Assembly (NCBI GenBank): GCA_041320515.1
Contig: JBGLNR010000001.1
Span: forward strand, 578,405 to 642,404
Reading direction: 5' to 3'
DNA from: Planctomycetota bacterium
Lineage (GTDB): Bacteria; Planctomycetota; PUPC01; DSUN01
DNA: 64,000 nt
Under the pieces are notes generated by a model that was not told where the DNA came from, did no database searches, and saw only the letters and a list, made by a program, of their open reading frames with translations. Below, one piece after another: positions 47,261-56,588 of the stretch. The translations under genes and the position numbers were made by a program. The first letter of the stretch is position 1. Every line of letters begins with the position of its first letter.

Positions 47261-49030
47261 CAGAGCTTGTGTGACGCGGTACAGCGCAATGCTATCTCCT
47301 TCCCTCTCCGTGGCCAAGTACTCCAGCACGCCGTCGGAGCGGAACACAGGACCGCAGGCGACCTCATGGAAGTTTGGCCCTGGCTGGTGATCGAGGACCA
47401 CAAGCTGCCTAGTCACCTTCCTTGCCCCATATGCGACATGGCGCCCGTCGGCACTTAGCGTGAGGGTGCCTTCGCCGATCGCGTCATGCGGCGGCCCTGG
47501 CCGACCATCCACAACGACAAGTTGTTTGTTGCCCTTCCCGGCAGAATACGTCAGGTGTTGGCTGTCGAGACTGAACATTGGCCCGGCCTTGGCGATTGCC
47601 TCGAACTCCGGCCCGGATTGGCCATCCACAACCACGAACTGCTTGTGGCCTGCAATTGCCCCGTACGCTACGCGGTGCCCGTCTGGGCTGAAAACGAAGG
47701 TACCTACTCCGTCGTATTCGGGGCCTGCCTGGCCATCCACGACCACGAGCTGCTTCCCTCCACGCAAGGCCACATATGCCACGCGCCCGATCGCGCTGAA
47801 CGCAGGGAAGCCTTTCGCGATCTCGTCATACTCCGGCCCTGGCTGGCCGTTGACCACCACAAGCGCCCTGTCGCCTTTCCTGGCCGCGTATGCCACATGG
47901 CGGCCATCGGCACTCAGCACAGGGGAACCCGTCGCAATCCCATCCCAACCTGGTCCGGGTTGGCCATCCACCACGACATGCCACTCCTCTCCCTTCTTGG
48001 CTGCGTACGCCACGTGGCGACCGTCAGCACTAACGGTAACCCCAGCAACAACGTCGCAAGGCGACTCGGGACGGCCATCTACCACAACGACCGCCTCCCC
48101 ACCATGGCTGGCTGTGTACACTATGCGGTGGCCATCCGCACTGAAAACTGGCTCGCCTTTGCGAATGCCGTCGTATTCCGCCCCTTCCCTGCCATCAACG
48201 ACCACAAGCCACTTCGCGCCCCTCCTGACTACATATGCCACACGCTTGCCATGCGCACTGAGCACAGGGGACCCTTGAGCCATCCCATCGTACACCGGCC
48301 CTGGCTTGCCATCAGCAACCACGAGCCACTCCCCACCCTTGCTTGCCGCATACGCCACGCAGCCGCCGTCGCTACTGAAGACGGGACTGCCTTGCCCAAT
48401 GGCGTCGTACTTGGGCCCGGGCTCACCATCCACGACCACAAGGCGGGCCATCCCTAAGGTGGCCAAGTTCTCCCTAAAGGCAACGTATGCCACATGCCGA
48501 CCATCTGGAGAGAAAACGGGGCCGCCTACGCCAATGTTGTCGTACTCAGGCCCGGGCCGGCCATCCACAACGACGAGGACCTTCTCACCCCTCCTCGCCA
48601 CATATGCCACGCGTCGGCCGTCGGGAGAGAGAACGAGGTCGCCCTCGGGAATCCCGTCATACTCCGGGCCTGGCCGGCCATCGAGAACAACGAGTCGCTT
48701 CTCGCCGCGCTGCACCACCGCAGCGATCCGGCAACCATTTGAGGTCGCCGACCTGACGACCCGAATAGGCTCCGCAGGAAGCAAGCCCAGCCGCTGTTTC
48801 CGGATGGGCGCGCAGGAGACACCCACCCCAGCCACTGCCGCGCCATCGGGTGTGCCATCCGGCCGGCTGTTCTTGCCCTCGTCTGTTGCCGGTGATCTGC
48901 ATGTTCGGGCAAGAATGGCCACCGTGGCCAGGGCCAGGCAGAACGCCCCAATGATAGGAACCAACAGCCTGCGGTCACCTGGGTGTAACACTACTCTGTT
49001 CTTCCTCATCGCAAGACGATCCGGCCGCAT
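47255..49030 (-). CDS. membrane-anchored beta-propeller protein with ~12 PD40/TolB-like repeats
   Basis: 591 aa. N-terminal TM segment (LLVPIIGAFCLALATVAILA), then a reiterated ~45-aa unit 'LVVVDGQPGPEYDGI..GSPVFSPDGRHVAYAA.KG'. Confidence 0.8.
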   Translation of the reverse strand: MRPDRLAMRKNRVVLHPGDRRLLVPIIGAFCLALATVAILARTCRSPATDEGKNSRPDGTPDGAAVAGVGVSCAPIRKQRLGLLPAEPIRVVRSATSNGCRIAAVVQRGEKRLVVLDGRPGPEYDGIPEGDLVLSPDGRRVAYVARRGEKVLVVVDGRPGPEYDNIGVGGPVFSPDGRHVAYVAFRENLATLGMARLVVVDGEPGPKYDAIGQGSPVFSSDGGCVAYAASKGGEWLVVADGKPGPVYDGMAQGSPVLSAHGKRVAYVVRRGAKWLVVVDGREGAEYDGIRKGEPVFSADGHRIVYTASHGGEAVVVVDGRPESPCDVVAGVTVSADGRHVAYAAKKGEEWHVVVDGQPGPGWDGIATGSPVLSADGRHVAYAARKGDRALVVVNGQPGPEYDEIAKGFPAFSAIGRVAYVALRGGKQLVVVDGQAGPEYDGVGTFVFSPDGHRVAYGAIAGHKQFVVVDGQSGPEFEAIAKAGPMFSLDSQHLTYSAGKGNKQLVVVDGRPGPPHDAIGEGTLTLSADGRHVAYGARKVTRQLVVLDHQPGPNFHEVACGPVFRSDGVLEYLATEREGDSIALYRVTQALR

Positions 49031-49499
49031 GCCAAGCGCCGCAGCGTTCAGAAACCGACAGGAACAGCCGCTGTCCTCTTCCGCACATTATGCCACGCGC
49101 CCGCGGCGGCGTCAACCGCGACCAGGGGTCTGGATATGGGGTCTGGTCTACATTCTACCCTCTGCGGGATCCGCCTGTCTTTGCGGCTGTGGCGGCGGCG
49201 GGGTCTGATCTGCACTCTACACTTTGCGGCATTTGCTTGTGGTTCTCGTCGGCATTCCCTTACCCCCATTCCCCTGTCGCGTTCGGCGGACGGGAGAGGA
49301 GGGACGGGGGAATGGCAGATGAGGGAAGCAGGTGTTCGGTGATCGGTGTTCGGTGTTGGGGGTACGGACTCACATCTCGTCCCGATGCTCCGCGTCGGGA
49401 CGGGGCGTCTTGGACGCTCCCGCGTCCTGCCTGCCTACGTCGGCGTGCAGGGATGGCAGCGGTCGCTGGAGCGTCCAGGGCGGCGCGTCCCCACGCGGG

Positions 49500-49680
49500 A
49501 GCGTAGGGACGAGAGGTGTTTCGGGTTTCGCGTGGTTTCGCATGTTCCGCGGGCGGTTCCGCGTGCAGGTTTGCACGCCCTACCGGCTGCGTGAGGAAGA
49601 GGGTTCCGCGTTGTTTCGCGTGTTCCGCGGGCGGTTCGGCGTGCAGGTTTGCACGCCCTACCGGTTCCGCCATCCGTGCC
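49500..49680. repeat. two direct copies of the GC-rich repeat (GTGTTCCGCGGGCGGTTCCGCGTGCAGGTTTGCACGCCCTACCGG), plus CATCCGTGS x3
   Basis: Read directly. Inverted with respect to the copy at 46985..47065. Together they bracket the beta-propeller gene. Confidence 0.8.
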
Positions 49681-49819
49681 CATCCGTGGCATCCGTGGTC
49701 AGGCCCATCTTCTCTGCTGCCTCTCTCTGGCCCTCTCTGCGTGCTCTGCGTGAGGAATCCCGTTCCGGGTTCCGCGTGGTTCGCGGGCATGAGATCGGGC
49801 GCGCAGGCGAAGGGAGACG

Positions 49820-49978
49820 CTATAAGGAAGCCAGGAAGGCAGGTAAGGAGTGGGCGAGATGAGAATGCCAGAGCAGTGAAGGCCCCTTGAGGTGGACGCG
49901 CCGAGGGGCTCCTCGGCTGGGCAAGGGGGCAGCCCGTTCCATCCTTCGTCCTTTCCTGGCTTCCTGAGTTCCTTATAG
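49820..49978. mobile_element. MITE-like element (~160 bp) bounded by ~20-bp terminal inverted repeats CTATAAGGAAGCCAGGAAGG / CCTTTCCTGGCTTCC(tgagtt)CCTTATAG
   Basis: The inverted repeats are read directly. The internal part has no ORF and contains a small GC hairpin (CCGAGGggctCCTCGG). Confidence 0.5.
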
Positions 49979-50836
49979 CCCTTTCTTTCCCCGCGGCTCC
50001 TCGCCGGGGTCGGGGCGCGGGGGGATGTTGGGGCCGTGGATGTGGGGGGAGAGGCGGCTGAGGACGTGGGCGTAGGCCAGGAGGTCGGGGGGGAAGAGGC
50101 TGCGGGCGTTGAGTTGGTGCAGGAGGAAGAGGTAGAAGAGGAGGAGTGTGTCCGGGCCGGAGTCGTACCAGCCGAGACAGGCGTCCTCGAGGTGGCTGGT
50201 GGGCGCCCAGCCGCCGCTGCGCTCGACGGGGAGAAAGTGGTAGACGAGGGCCTTGTCGAGGACGCAGATGCAGTCAATCCAGGCGTCGGGGACCTTGCCG
50301 CGGTGGAGTTCGGCGAGCCTCGGGACGAGGGCGGTGGAGATGTTTGGGGCGTTGAGGGCGAAGACGGCGGCGAAGGGGGCGGGGTTCTCCTTGGGGCCGT
50401 GGTAGAGGGCGTGGCCGTCGTGCTGGGCGACGATGGCGTGGCGGAGGAGTTTCTTGGCGGAGGTGGCGTTGACGACGGACTCCTCGAGTTCGTGGGAGTC
50501 GAGGAAGGGGGTGAAGGCGATGGCGGCGTAGACGGCTTCGGCAGGGAAGATGCGGGAGGCCGCGGAGTCTTGGAGGAGCGGGGCGTGGTGGGCGTCGTAG
50601 ATCACGATGTCTATCTGCTTGCTGTACCAGCCCTGGGAATCCACGATTTCGCCCGTGCCGACGCCGTAGCAGGGGGGGAGGTAGCGGACGAGGAAGTCGC
50701 GGAGGACTTGCTCGCGGCGGACGCCTTTTTCGGCGGAGTGGACTCCGCCGACGGATTCGGCGTCGAAGCTGACGCGGAGGGCCTTGGCGATGGCGCGGAA
50801 CTTGGCTCGCAGGTTCAGGGGCACGTGGTCGGGCAT
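49973..50836 (-). CDS. hypothetical protein, possible PD-(D/E)XK-type nuclease (DUF6602-like)
   Basis: The start is at the second ATG, with GGAGAG 8 nt upstream. '…GTGEIVDSQGWYSKQIDIVIYD…' resembles a restriction-endonuclease-like core. The assignment is tentative. Confidence 0.5.
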   Translation of the reverse strand: MPDHVPLNLRAKFRAIAKALRVSFDAESVGGVHSAEKGVRREQVLRDFLVRYLPPCYGVGTGEIVDSQGWYSKQIDIVIYDAHHAPLLQDSAASRIFPAEAVYAAIAFTPFLDSHELEESVVNATSAKKLLRHAIVAQHDGHALYHGPKENPAPFAAVFALNAPNISTALVPRLAELHRGKVPDAWIDCICVLDKALVYHFLPVERSGGWAPTSHLEDACLGWYDSGPDTLLLFYLFLLHQLNARSLFPPDLLAYAHVLSRLSPHIHGPNIPPRPDPGEEPRGKKGL

Positions 50837-50965
50837 GCGGAGTCTCTCCGGGGGGTGACGGGTCTCCCGCATCGGATGATAGGGGGGCGGTGGCGAGTTG
50901 TCAAGTCGGCCGCCGGGCTGAGGACGCGCGGGACGGCTGCAGGCGACCGTGCCTGGCTTCCGTGC

Positions 50966-50993
50966 TTGACATTCGGGCTCAGATGGCTAGAAT
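50966..50993 (+). promoter_or_regulatory. strong sigma70-like promoter TTGACA-N16-TAGAAT
   Basis: gcTTGACAttcgggctcagatggcTAGAATgcagg lies 55 nt upstream of the first gene of the HExxH-protein operon. Confidence 0.65.
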
Positions 50994-51048
50994 GCAGGTA
51001 GAGAGGTGGTCGAGGGGGGCCTCGGGGAGCCCGTAGGGGAAGCTGCCG

Positions 51049-51396
51049 TTGCTGCGCATCCGCAGGGAACAGATGGCGGCGTTCGAAGCGCACTCGATGC
51101 GGCGGTACGAGGACCGCGTGATTCGGAAGATCGCGCGCGCGTTCCCCATACGGTACAAGCTCGATGGCGAGGAGGGCACCCGCAAGTTCGTCCAGGCCGG
51201 CATCCGCAAGGCCGGGGGGTACGGGATCGCGGCGGACGACGACGTGGAGCGGTTCATCCTGGTGCTGGCCGAGCGGGGCATGGACTTCGAGCAGGCCCCC
51301 GGGATGGCCGAGTGCCGGAAGATTCTCGAGAACAAGGACTTGCCACCCGACGCGAAGGTGGCCTTGGTTTGCCGGCGGCTTCCCCCGGCGTTCTAG
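51049..51396 (+). CDS. small hypothetical protein (115 aa), first gene of the operon
   Basis: Protein-like composition. The start is ambiguous (MLRIRREQMAAF…). No family recognised. Confidence 0.5.
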   Translation: MLRIRREQMAAFEAHSMRRYEDRVIRKIARAFPIRYKLDGEEGTRKFVQAGIRKAGGYGIAADDDVERFILVLAERGMDFEQAPGMAECRKILENKDLPPDAKVALVCRRLPPAF

Positions 51397-51418
51397 CGAC
51401 GCACCGAGGACACACGCC

Positions 51419-54400
51419 ATGCCTGGAAACGCCACAGTGAAGTGCCCCAAGCAGTTCGGGCATCTCTACGTCGAGGTCCGGCGCCAGAACAGGAAGGTCA
51501 GCGCCCAGTGGGACACACTGAAGACCCCCTGCACGCTCAAGCTCACGGGCGGCAAGGTGGACAACCGGGACGCCTCGACGGCGGACTCGACGACGTACGA
51601 CAACCTGTGCGCGGGCGGCTACACGCTCAACCTTACGCCGGCGACCGAGGAGACCGAGTGCGATATCGAGGTGGAGATCGAGCAGAAGGGGACGCCGAAG
51701 ACGGCCGGAGTCGCCGTTGGCGCGAAGAAGCCGAGCAGCGGGGTGACGATCGAGCACGAGAAGACGCAGATGCAGTACTTCCGGTTCTACCCCTACGAGC
51801 TGCTCGTGGAGGTGGTGGCCAAGGACACGAAGAAGAAGCTCAAGGGTGTCACGGTCAAGGCGACAGCAGTCAAGGGCGGGAAGCAACTGGCGGCGCAAGT
51901 GACCGGAGAGAACGGGTTGGCGGATTTCGGCGTTGTGGCCAGCGGCAGCCAGTACAACCTGGCGATCACGCTGAGCGAGGAGGACGCCAAGAAGTACGGA
52001 GCGGAGGAGAAGTATGGGCCGGCCCCGGCGAAGCGGTTCTTCAGCAAGCCTTACTTGCTCGAGGTAGACGCGGTCAGCAAGGTCACGCCGAAGATCGAGA
52101 TGGAGTACAAGGTGGTCCTGCTCGATCGGAACCTCGCGCAGTACCAGGAGACGGGCGAGGCCAAGATATATGCCGACCCGACGTACATCAAGCTGTCGCT
52201 CGAGCACAGCAACAGCGCGCGACTCTTCAAGAAGGGCGGCACGGTGAAGTTCGCGCCGGAGAATGTGGACGCGTACACGGACAAGGAGTGCAAGACGAAG
52301 CTGAAAGACAAGAAGCTGACGAACGACCAGCTCAAGAAGGGGCTGAAGCTGTACCTGAAGGGCAAGACGGCCGGCAAGTTCAACGTGACTCTGGACCTGG
52401 AGGACCCTGGCGACAAGATGCTCGCCCGCGAGAAGAACCCCGCCAAGGAGGAGATGGGGGTGGTGGAGCTGAAGGCGGAACTCCACCAGCACGACATGAC
52501 CGCGGTCGGCGCCATCAAGGTCGATCCGGACACCGATCCCATCGGCACGTATCACACGAATCTGAGGGACAAGGCCCTCCCCGCCCAGAAGGCGCTCACG
52601 GACCAAGAGAAGGTGAAGGTCGGGCGCCTGTTGCACGCACAGGCCGCGGGCAGCCACGGCCGCGCCAAGCTCCTGGTCAAGAAGATCGACGCCAGCCAGT
52701 GGCCGGATGGCACGGACGACTATGAGCTGGTGCTCAACAAGACCAATGTCAGCGGCGCCGTGGCAATCTACGACAAGGAGTTCGACGATCCCGCGCCGGC
52801 GGGTACGCTTCAGGCATTCCCAGTCAAGGCCAAGGTCAAGGACCTGAAGGCGCAGGATAAGGAGCTGTGGGTGGAGGGCACGACCGCGACCAAGAAGCGG
52901 CGCGAAGTGCGGCTGGACCTGGGGCTGGACCGGGCGGAGCCGATGGACAAGCACGCCACGAAGGAGAGCGCGAAGCGGAATGGCGACTGGGCGCGCTTCA
53001 CCGTGGTCAAGATCAACGAGGTCAAGCTGGACTATACCGCGCCCAGGGGCAAGGCCAACGCGTGGGATGCGGCTCGTGAGAGGTTCTACATCAACTTCAA
53101 GGCAGATTCGGACGGCCGGAAGGTGACGATTCAGGCCCAGCTTAGCGAGAAGATCAAGGACGTGACGCTCCACTTCATGCTGGCGGAGGACAAGGACAAC
53201 CGCCTGACCGCCAACTGGGGCGTGGACCTGCCCGCGACGTGGAAGTGGAAGGGCATCGCCGCGGCGGTCAAACACACAGACAAGGCGGACCGTAAGGACC
53301 TGCTGCACCTCTCGGCCACGACGGACGCCAACGGCAAGGCGAGCAAGGAACTGACCCTCTCGCGGTTCGGGGGCGACAAGTTCCTTCCTGCCTGCTACAT
53401 TGACCAGGACCCACACCTCGCCAAGTACATCCACGGGCATGCGGACCTGCAGAAGAAGAAGCCCGTGTTCGCCGCCAAGGCGATCAACGTGTGGCGCAAG
53501 TTCTGGTATAAGGAAGTGAAGGTCAAGGGGATCGTCGTGGCAGGCTTCGGGAATGCGGCCGATACATACGTCACTGTCAAGGCGGAGATGGTCGCCGCTA
53601 CGGCTGTGGAAATGACCCGTAACGCCGCGAATGCCCTGGCGACTCGCGCCATCTTCAAGAAGCACATGGTAAGCTTCTATCTGAATGACGCTGGGACAGA
53701 CTACGTCAACAACTACCCGAACGATAACGGGGATGCCCTTGTCGTGGGCGATGACAATGAGTCGAGTTTCTTCGCACTCGCGACGGCCGAGGCCGACAAG
53801 CCGGTCATGATCCCCATGCTCAATGCGCACGCCCTGTGGGTGGCCGACGGCGTGACTGCGTCTCAAGCCGTACCTTGGTTCAGAACAACCGGATTCCCGT
53901 TGAGTTTGACGGCCGACAAAGAACTCATAGACCCGCCGATACAGGGCGGCACTCTTTTCTCAGCCGGCCTATGGGTGGCGCAGGATTGGGACCCGGCTGC
54001 GAATGGCGGTGCGGGAGCATGGGGCAATGCGCGAAACGGTAATCTCGCCGCGGCGGACATTTCGCTGGATCCTGGCCGAAGCGATCCGAGGGCCTTCCAG
54101 GTCAAGAAGCCGGCGGGGATTGTGGTGTCGGCGAACGGTACGAGGGTGAAGATTGCGGGTCTGACGTTGCGGGCGGGGAAGACGTATCTGGGCACCTCCT
54201 ATGATGACGGAATCGTCAACTCTTATTCGCCGAATAACTTGCCGGATTTCATCGATACGATCGACCACGAAGTCGGGCACTCCTTCAAACAGGTCACCAA
54301 GGTCCGGCCGGCCGGCATCCCCGCTCATCCGAACCAGTACGACAAAGACGGATCGCACTGCAATTACAACAACAAGTCTTGCCTCATGTACGAGTCCGGC

Positions 54401-54478
54401 CCCCAAGCGACTGCGATACACCGGTATTGCTCTATCTGCCACCCCTATGTCCTTGTTCAGGACATGTCCAGCGTGTGA
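51419..54478 (+). CDS. large (1019 aa) lysine-rich multidomain protein with PEGA/carboxypeptidase-regulatory-like beta-sandwich modules and a C-terminal HExxH zincin-like metallopeptidase motif, no signal peptide
   Basis: The ATG at 51419 is in frame with the 1104-aa ORF, whose upstream part overlaps the small gene. 'TIDHEVGHSF…HPNQYDKDGSHCNYNNKSCLMYESG' lies near the C-terminus. N-terminal modules include 'YVEVRRQNRKVSA…TPCTLKLTGGK'. No signal peptide is evident. Confidence 0.75.
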   Translation: MPGNATVKCPKQFGHLYVEVRRQNRKVSAQWDTLKTPCTLKLTGGKVDNRDASTADSTTYDNLCAGGYTLNLTPATEETECDIEVEIEQKGTPKTAGVAVGAKKPSSGVTIEHEKTQMQYFRFYPYELLVEVVAKDTKKKLKGVTVKATAVKGGKQLAAQVTGENGLADFGVVASGSQYNLAITLSEEDAKKYGAEEKYGPAPAKRFFSKPYLLEVDAVSKVTPKIEMEYKVVLLDRNLAQYQETGEAKIYADPTYIKLSLEHSNSARLFKKGGTVKFAPENVDAYTDKECKTKLKDKKLTNDQLKKGLKLYLKGKTAGKFNVTLDLEDPGDKMLAREKNPAKEEMGVVELKAELHQHDMTAVGAIKVDPDTDPIGTYHTNLRDKALPAQKALTDQEKVKVGRLLHAQAAGSHGRAKLLVKKIDASQWPDGTDDYELVLNKTNVSGAVAIYDKEFDDPAPAGTLQAFPVKAKVKDLKAQDKELWVEGTTATKKRREVRLDLGLDRAEPMDKHATKESAKRNGDWARFTVVKINEVKLDYTAPRGKANAWDAARERFYINFKADSDGRKVTIQAQLSEKIKDVTLHFMLAEDKDNRLTANWGVDLPATWKWKGIAAAVKHTDKADRKDLLHLSATTDANGKASKELTLSRFGGDKFLPACYIDQDPHLAKYIHGHADLQKKKPVFAAKAINVWRKFWYKEVKVKGIVVAGFGNAADTYVTVKAEMVAATAVEMTRNAANALATRAIFKKHMVSFYLNDAGTDYVNNYPNDNGDALVVGDDNESSFFALATAEADKPVMIPMLNAHALWVADGVTASQAVPWFRTTGFPLSLTADKELIDPPIQGGTLFSAGLWVAQDWDPAANGGAGAWGNARNGNLAAADISLDPGRSDPRAFQVKKPAGIVVSANGTRVKIAGLTLRAGKTYLGTSYDDGIVNSYSPNNLPDFIDTIDHEVGHSFKQVTKVRPAGIPAHPNQYDKDGSHCNYNNKSCLMYESGPQATAIHRYCSICHPYVLVQDMSSV

Positions 54479-54488
54479 GGCACTGAGG

Positions 54489-55553
54489 ATGAAACGCTAT
54501 CCATGGATCCTGTGCGCCCTTGTTGTGTCAGGTTGCGGAGCGCCCGGTTGCTTCGTCTCAAATGCAGCCACAAGTGAGGTGAACGACATGACGACCAAAC
54601 AGAAACAGGCCGTGCAGATGCTGGACGTGCCGCCTGCTGACTTCTTCTCGTTCAATGAGGCCACACAGCTCAGGCTCCAAGAAGCCTTGAGCACGTTGGT
54701 CGGCGGCGGCGAGCCGCCAGGGCAGGCTGAGGCCGCGCCGCAACCCATTGTGGCGCTGGGTGCTCCAAAGCGCGTGGACATTGACAAACAGGACGTCGTG
54801 CCGCTCCTCCTGGGCCGCGTGCAGACAGGACTTCGCTCCTGGCAAGTCAACGACAGGACGAACCTGCACCTGTTTGTCAGAGAACTGGCAACCGGCGAGC
54901 TGTGGATTGTCCAGCCGCTCACCGACCTGCGCCGTGGCAAACTAGAGTTGCGGTCGGGCGCTGGGAAGCCGCCTGACGATTTGAATGCGCGGACCTTGCA
55001 GTCCTCCGTGACCTTCATCGATCTGCGGAAGAGACTTGATGGGCGCATGAAGGCGGGCCGATTTCTGGTCACGGCCGCTGCCTATGACGTGCTTTCCAAC
55101 AGCGTTGAAATCCACGTGGAGAGCAGCGCCGAACCCGTGAAGGCCGCCATCATGGCCACGCCACAGCCATACGTAACGCCTGTGCTCGACAAGCGCGCGC
55201 ACTTGGAAACCAGGGTTGAGGTGCCGAAGGAAGTATCCAAGGACGGCAGGGGCTCAATTGATGTCGCCATTCAGGTGAGCGAGGACAGCGGCGTACGCAA
55301 GGCTGAATCCGGGGACGCATTCTGGACCTGTCACCTGATACTCGTGAAACTCGATGCGCGACCCGATGTTGTCCCTGCGTCAGTGCCGGTGCAGGCGATC
55401 TCCACCGTGGATGGGAAGTCGGCATTCAACGCGGTGTTCCGGCTCGATCTCGCCGCGATCGCGAAGACCACGGAGGCCGGACAGTACCAAGTGTATCTGG
55501 ATGCTGGAGGAGGAGTCCTTGGCCCCTATCCGCTCGCCATCGGCGCCCCGTAG
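54489..55553 (+). CDS. lipoprotein of unknown function, immediately downstream of the HExxH protein
   Basis: Start MKRYPWILCALVVSGCGAP (lipobox LVVSGC) lies 8 nt after the preceding stop. 354 aa. No family recognised. Confidence 0.7.
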   Translation: MKRYPWILCALVVSGCGAPGCFVSNAATSEVNDMTTKQKQAVQMLDVPPADFFSFNEATQLRLQEALSTLVGGGEPPGQAEAAPQPIVALGAPKRVDIDKQDVVPLLLGRVQTGLRSWQVNDRTNLHLFVRELATGELWIVQPLTDLRRGKLELRSGAGKPPDDLNARTLQSSVTFIDLRKRLDGRMKAGRFLVTAAAYDVLSNSVEIHVESSAEPVKAAIMATPQPYVTPVLDKRAHLETRVEVPKEVSKDGRGSIDVAIQVSEDSGVRKAESGDAFWTCHLILVKLDARPDVVPASVPVQAISTVDGKSAFNAVFRLDLAAIAKTTEAGQYQVYLDAGGGVLGPYPLAIGAP

Positions 55554-55588
55554 TCTATCACGCAGGCCCCTACGCCCTGAGGCATTGC

Positions 55589-56588
55589 TCACAGCCGGCC
55601 TGCGCGGAGGCGGGCGACGCGGTCGGTGATGTGGGTGACTCTGGCGCGATTGTCGAGGCGCAGGCCGACGACCCACGCGATGCCCGCCTCGCCCTCGACG
55701 AGCAGAAGGCGGTCCCGCTCGGCGCGGGGCACCCGCTGGCCGATGAGAAAGTCCTTGAGCTTCGTGGGGTCGCTCTGGCCCAGAGGCACGAAGCGGTCGC
55801 CGGGACGGCGGGTGCGCACCCCCAGAACATCCCCCACGCTATCCAGGTCCACCACCTCCTCCCAGCGGTCCTTCTGGGGCGCCGGCCGGCAATGGACGGC
55901 CGGCCGCCGGCAGATGAGGGGCGTGGCTTCGACCCAGAGGCCGACCTCGGGGATCTCGACGCGGCCGGGAACCGCGAGCGTGACGGCGACCTGGGGCGGC
56001 GCGCCGGGGCGCGGGTGCAGGACGAGGGCGTCGTAGCCGCGCTCGGCGATGAGGCCGCCGGCGAGGGAAACGCTTCGGCCCGAGGGGGACGCCAGGAGGG
56101 CTTCGGCGGCGTCGAGTGCGCGGCGGGTGAGGTCGCCGGTCCCGCCTGCGGCGGCGTAGGCGTGGCGAATGGCCTGGCTGCGGATGAGGCGCGGCTCCTC
56201 GGCGAGGCGGGCGGGGTCCAGGCGGGCGCCCTCGTCTCCCGCGGCCACGAGGCGGCTGGCTTGGGCGCCGACCGCATCGAAGAGCACGCGGGCGCGCTCG
56301 ACGGCGCCGAGGAGCGCGGCTCGCACGTTGGCGTCACGGGCTTCGAGGAGGGGCAGAAGCTCGTGGCGGACCCAGTTGCGGAGAAACGCGCGGTCGGCGT
56401 TCGTGGCGTCGGAGCGCCAGGGGATGTTGCGGGCGGCAAGGTAGCCGAGTACCTCGGCCCTGGTGACGTCGAGGAGCGGGCGAATGAGCGTGGCGCTGGA
56501 CGTGGGCGAGAGGGGCCTGGCGATGGGCATGCCGCGCAGGGCGGCCAGCTCGCCGCCGCGGAGGAGGCGGAGGAGAATGGTCTCGGCC
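55589..56588 (-). pseudogene. tilS: tRNA(Ile)-lysidine synthetase (tilS) 3' fragment lacking the N-terminal PP-loop domain
   Basis: '…[27 protein letters not shown]…[16 protein letters not shown]…WRSDATNAD…[14 protein letters not shown]' and the C-terminal 'RTRRPGDRFVPLGQSDPTKLKDFLIGQRVPR' are diagnostic of TilS. The frame is open upstream of the first ATG but runs into purB-like sequence in another frame. Confidence 0.6.
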
